A stretch of 63,978 nt of DNA, filler included, from Lenisia limosa (taxonomy: Eukaryota; Protista; Breviatea), in NCBI GenBank assembly GCA_001655205.1. It is 10 parts of 10 records of this genome, joined end to end, with 100 filler letters (N's around TTAATTAATTAA, not from the genome) between each part and the next. Parts side by side here need not be neighbours in the genome. Positions count along the whole stretch, not along the records: positions 59,567 to 63,978 come from LPNZ01003583.1; 9 more parts are not named here. One strand, given 5' to 3'. The notes beneath the pieces were generated by a model. It was not told where the DNA came from. It ran no database searches and worked only from the letters and a program-made list of their open reading frames with translations. Below, in pieces: positions 61,203 through 63,978 of this stretch; the first letter of the stretch is position 1; each line of letters opens with the position of its first letter. Both the position numbers and the translations under genes were made by a program.

Positions 61203-63694
61203 ATGTTTTCCATGAAGGTATGTTTCAAGAGGTTCCTTACAATTCGCGACTTTTATACTATGTTTGTACATACTGAATGTATTATAGGAAGAAAAGGGAA
61301 TTGAAAGTGTTTCAAACAATTTCTTATTGTCGTCTAGGCTCTTCTTTTGGCCATTCTGGCCGTTTTCGTGGTTGCCCACGATGTTCAGAAGGTCACTGAT
61401 CTCCCCCTTGTGAGCTTGAGACTTCTTTTATTTAAATGTTTTACAGAGATGTTTTTTGACGGCTTAGGACTTTGATATGCCCGATATGTTCAGCGGTTAC
61501 ATCGATGCTGAGTACAAGAATACCGGCAAGTTCTCCCATATCTTCCACTGGTATGCACAAAACGCCTTCAGTGATATTCTGGATGCATTCATGATAGATG
61601 TTGATAAATACACACATTCACAGCATTTTGGCATGTCAATTTCTTTTCACACGATTCAATCTTTTGGGTTGTGCAGACCTGTCTCACAGGACCAGATATG
61701 CTTCTGGTTGATCAACTATGTTTTTTTATTTAAGGATCACTTTTTGATACTTTGGACTCATACAACCATGCAACTCTCCATTCCTTGTCATGAACATTTT
61801 ATCCAGAGTGTCTTTGTGATAAAGTTGTTCTTTTCAGAATTGGCCATTTACCCCTGCAGGACTATTTCTGCTGAAATGAACCCTGAAAGTGCCCCCGTTG
61901 TGTTCTGGTTCACTGGTGGACCCGGATGCTCATCGGTAGGGAGGGTTCCCCTATGGCCTGGGCTTTATTTGCTGTTCTCAACCCTTGTGTATTGCTAGCT
62001 ATCAGAGTTATTCTTCATCAAAAATTCCTTCGTTAACCCCCCCCCCCCCNNNNNNNNNNNNNNNNNNNNNNNNNNNNNNNNNNNNNNNNNNNNNNNNNNN
62101 NNNNNNNNNNNCAGACGACCTTAAACTCATCAAAAACTACAACTCATGGAACCGTGCCGCCCACGTTGTATTCATCGACCAGGTGGGCGGAGAATAATTG
62201 GAAAATTTATGAACCAAAAAAAGAAGCCAAAATCATCGCATCAAAATCTCCATATTTTACTTCTTACCCCCGCAGTACCCCCATAATATCTTCACCTTCT
62301 CAGCCAATCGGAACTGGATTCTCATATGGTGACGAGGGTGTCCCAAGCCCCACGAACGAGACCATGGTTGCTGACACCATGTACAACTTCTTCCAGGTTG
62401 GGTGAATTTTTTGTATAATGGGGAGTTCTTTGCTATCGTAATGATTCAACTTCAGAGGACATTTTTATGCAAAGCGCTTCTTCGCTTCCAAACAAAGACT
62501 GAATTTCTCGATAAACCTTTGATAAATTTCGATATTTTACAGATCCAGTCTCATATTGCTCCATTCTGACCGTCTCATTTAGCTCCATTCTGACCGGATA
62601 TTGAGTTTTATACTTAGGGCTTCACTTCGGTTCGAAAAAAGACTGAATTTCTCGATAAATCCTCCAAAACTATCGATACTTTACCAAAATTTTTCGAACC
62701 GAAGTGAAGCCCAACATCGTACCAAGACTTACCACGGTTACTGTATATCTGATTATCCAACTCCATGTAGGGCTTCATGGAGGCCTACCCCACCCTTGCC
62801 AACCGCAACGTCTTCATTACTGGCGAGTCCTATGGTGAGGGGCTGAATGAATTCTTTTGTGGCATATAATAACCTCAAAAAATGCTCAAACATATTAACT
62901 TGATTGGGTTTTGAGAGAATGAGGGAGGGAAAACAATACTCAGTTATTGATAAGCTTCAAATAAATAATGCCTGGTTTTTGCCCTGTCGTTGTGAATTCA
63001 TGTGTCGTCACATTGTAGGCGGCCACTATGTCCCTGCTGTCACCGCCCGTCTTGCTGAAGGCAATGCCAAGAAGGAGGGTATGTATATTGGGGTAATCCC
63101 TCGAGTTTGTTTCAATTTATCATCATCAATGATTCTTAATTGAAACCGAGCTTATGTCTGTATTTTTGGCAATAATAAACAAACTGACATAAGAGAGCAA
63201 AAGTTTATGATGCTGAACAAAAAGTTGTGTTTATTGTTATACAGTATAAAATGACGCCACTAACACTTATTGTTCACATGTCCGTTATTATTTTCTTTTC
63301 TAACCATTTCAAATGCCCTATTCACCCCTCAGGCCGTCACATCAACGTGAAAGGCATGGCTATTGGAAACGGCTGGATCGACCCCGGACTCCAGACTATT
63401 GGTGGGGGGGAGGGAGATAGTTGTTTTAGTTGATTCTAATCACTTGTTTTTTGTTTGTTTGGAGTTTCAGATTCGGTTCGTGATTAATACCTTTACGCCA
63501 ATTCTTCATTGAAATGTCCTTCGTTTTACTCCCCCCCCCCCCNNNNNNNNNNNNNNNNNNNNNNNNNNNNNNNNNNNNNNNNNNNNNNNNNNNNNNNNNN
63601 NNNNNNNNNNNNNNNNNNNNNNNNNNNNNNNNNNNNNNNNNNNNNGTTCCTGAAGTGCAACGAAACCGCTTTCGAGTGCTACCACTACACCCAG
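61203..63694 (+). CDS. Serine carboxypeptidase, family S10, secreted; 3' truncated
   Basis: Signal peptide MK|ALLLAILAVFVVA; SGYID; PVVFWFTGGPGCSS; NSWNRAAHVVFIDQ|PIGTGFSY; catalytic ITGESYG|GHYVP; NVKGMAIGNGWIDP. Confidence 0.95.
62617..62712. mobile_element. MITE M1 copy in a carboxypeptidase intron; a degenerate second copy lies at ~62475-62540
   Basis: TA-GGGCTTCACTTCGGTTCGAAAA ... TTTTCGAACCGAAGTGAAGCCC. Confidence 0.87.
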
Positions 63695-63978
63695 GTAAGG
63701 GGGGCGTCTTCTCAGGTTAGAAAATTCGTTGCAAAATTATTAGTTGTCCATTGCATGACACTGTATCAATCTGAATGTTACGGAAAGCGGTTAAAACTAA
63801 CAAAGGAGAAGGAAGAAAGTTGGGAAGAGGAAGGATGGAACATGTTGATGGGGTGTTAAGAGTTACACTTCAGCAGAAAAGACCTTTAACAGGGCGTATA
63901 TTCTGTGGCGAATATATAATTAGTATTAAAACAAAACAATCCCATTTTTCACGTAAGAGATGCGGTGCTGCAGAAGTG

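Overview
Eukaryotic, AT-rich, intron-rich draft DNA from a flagellated microbial eukaryote (it has an axonemal dynein). The standard genetic code and GT-AG introns fit every gene I could splice by eye. The window is not contiguous: nine artificial linkers (N44-TTAATTAATTAA-N44) join ten unlinked scaffolds, and most genes are cut at scaffold ends or lose exons in N gaps. Recognisable genes are UTP7/WDR46, a Dispatched/Patched-type SSD-RND transporter, a guanylate-cyclase-type C-terminus, an ankyrin-repeat gene, a large secreted protein with Cys-rich repeats, PLRG1/PRP46, EFG1, a MED10-like gene, an axonemal dynein heavy chain fragment, POLR1C/RPC40, an animal-type heme peroxidase, NIP7 and a serine carboxypeptidase S10. 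Four or five further spliced genes have no family I recognise. The most interesting signals: (1) an ankyrin gene with one repeat per phase-0 exon, a fixed scaffold, hypervariable binding-surface codons and mosaic exchange between units, resembling a natural DARPin library; (2) a dispersed ~170-bp hairpin-containing element, almost always sense to its host gene, whose 3' end repeatedly supplies the intron acceptor; (3) long introns with 5' G-tracts and 3' C-tracts; (4) a ~95-bp TA-flanked MITE family; (5) a duplicated acceptor in PLRG1. All family assignments come from motif recall, not database searches, and exon coordinates were counted by hand.
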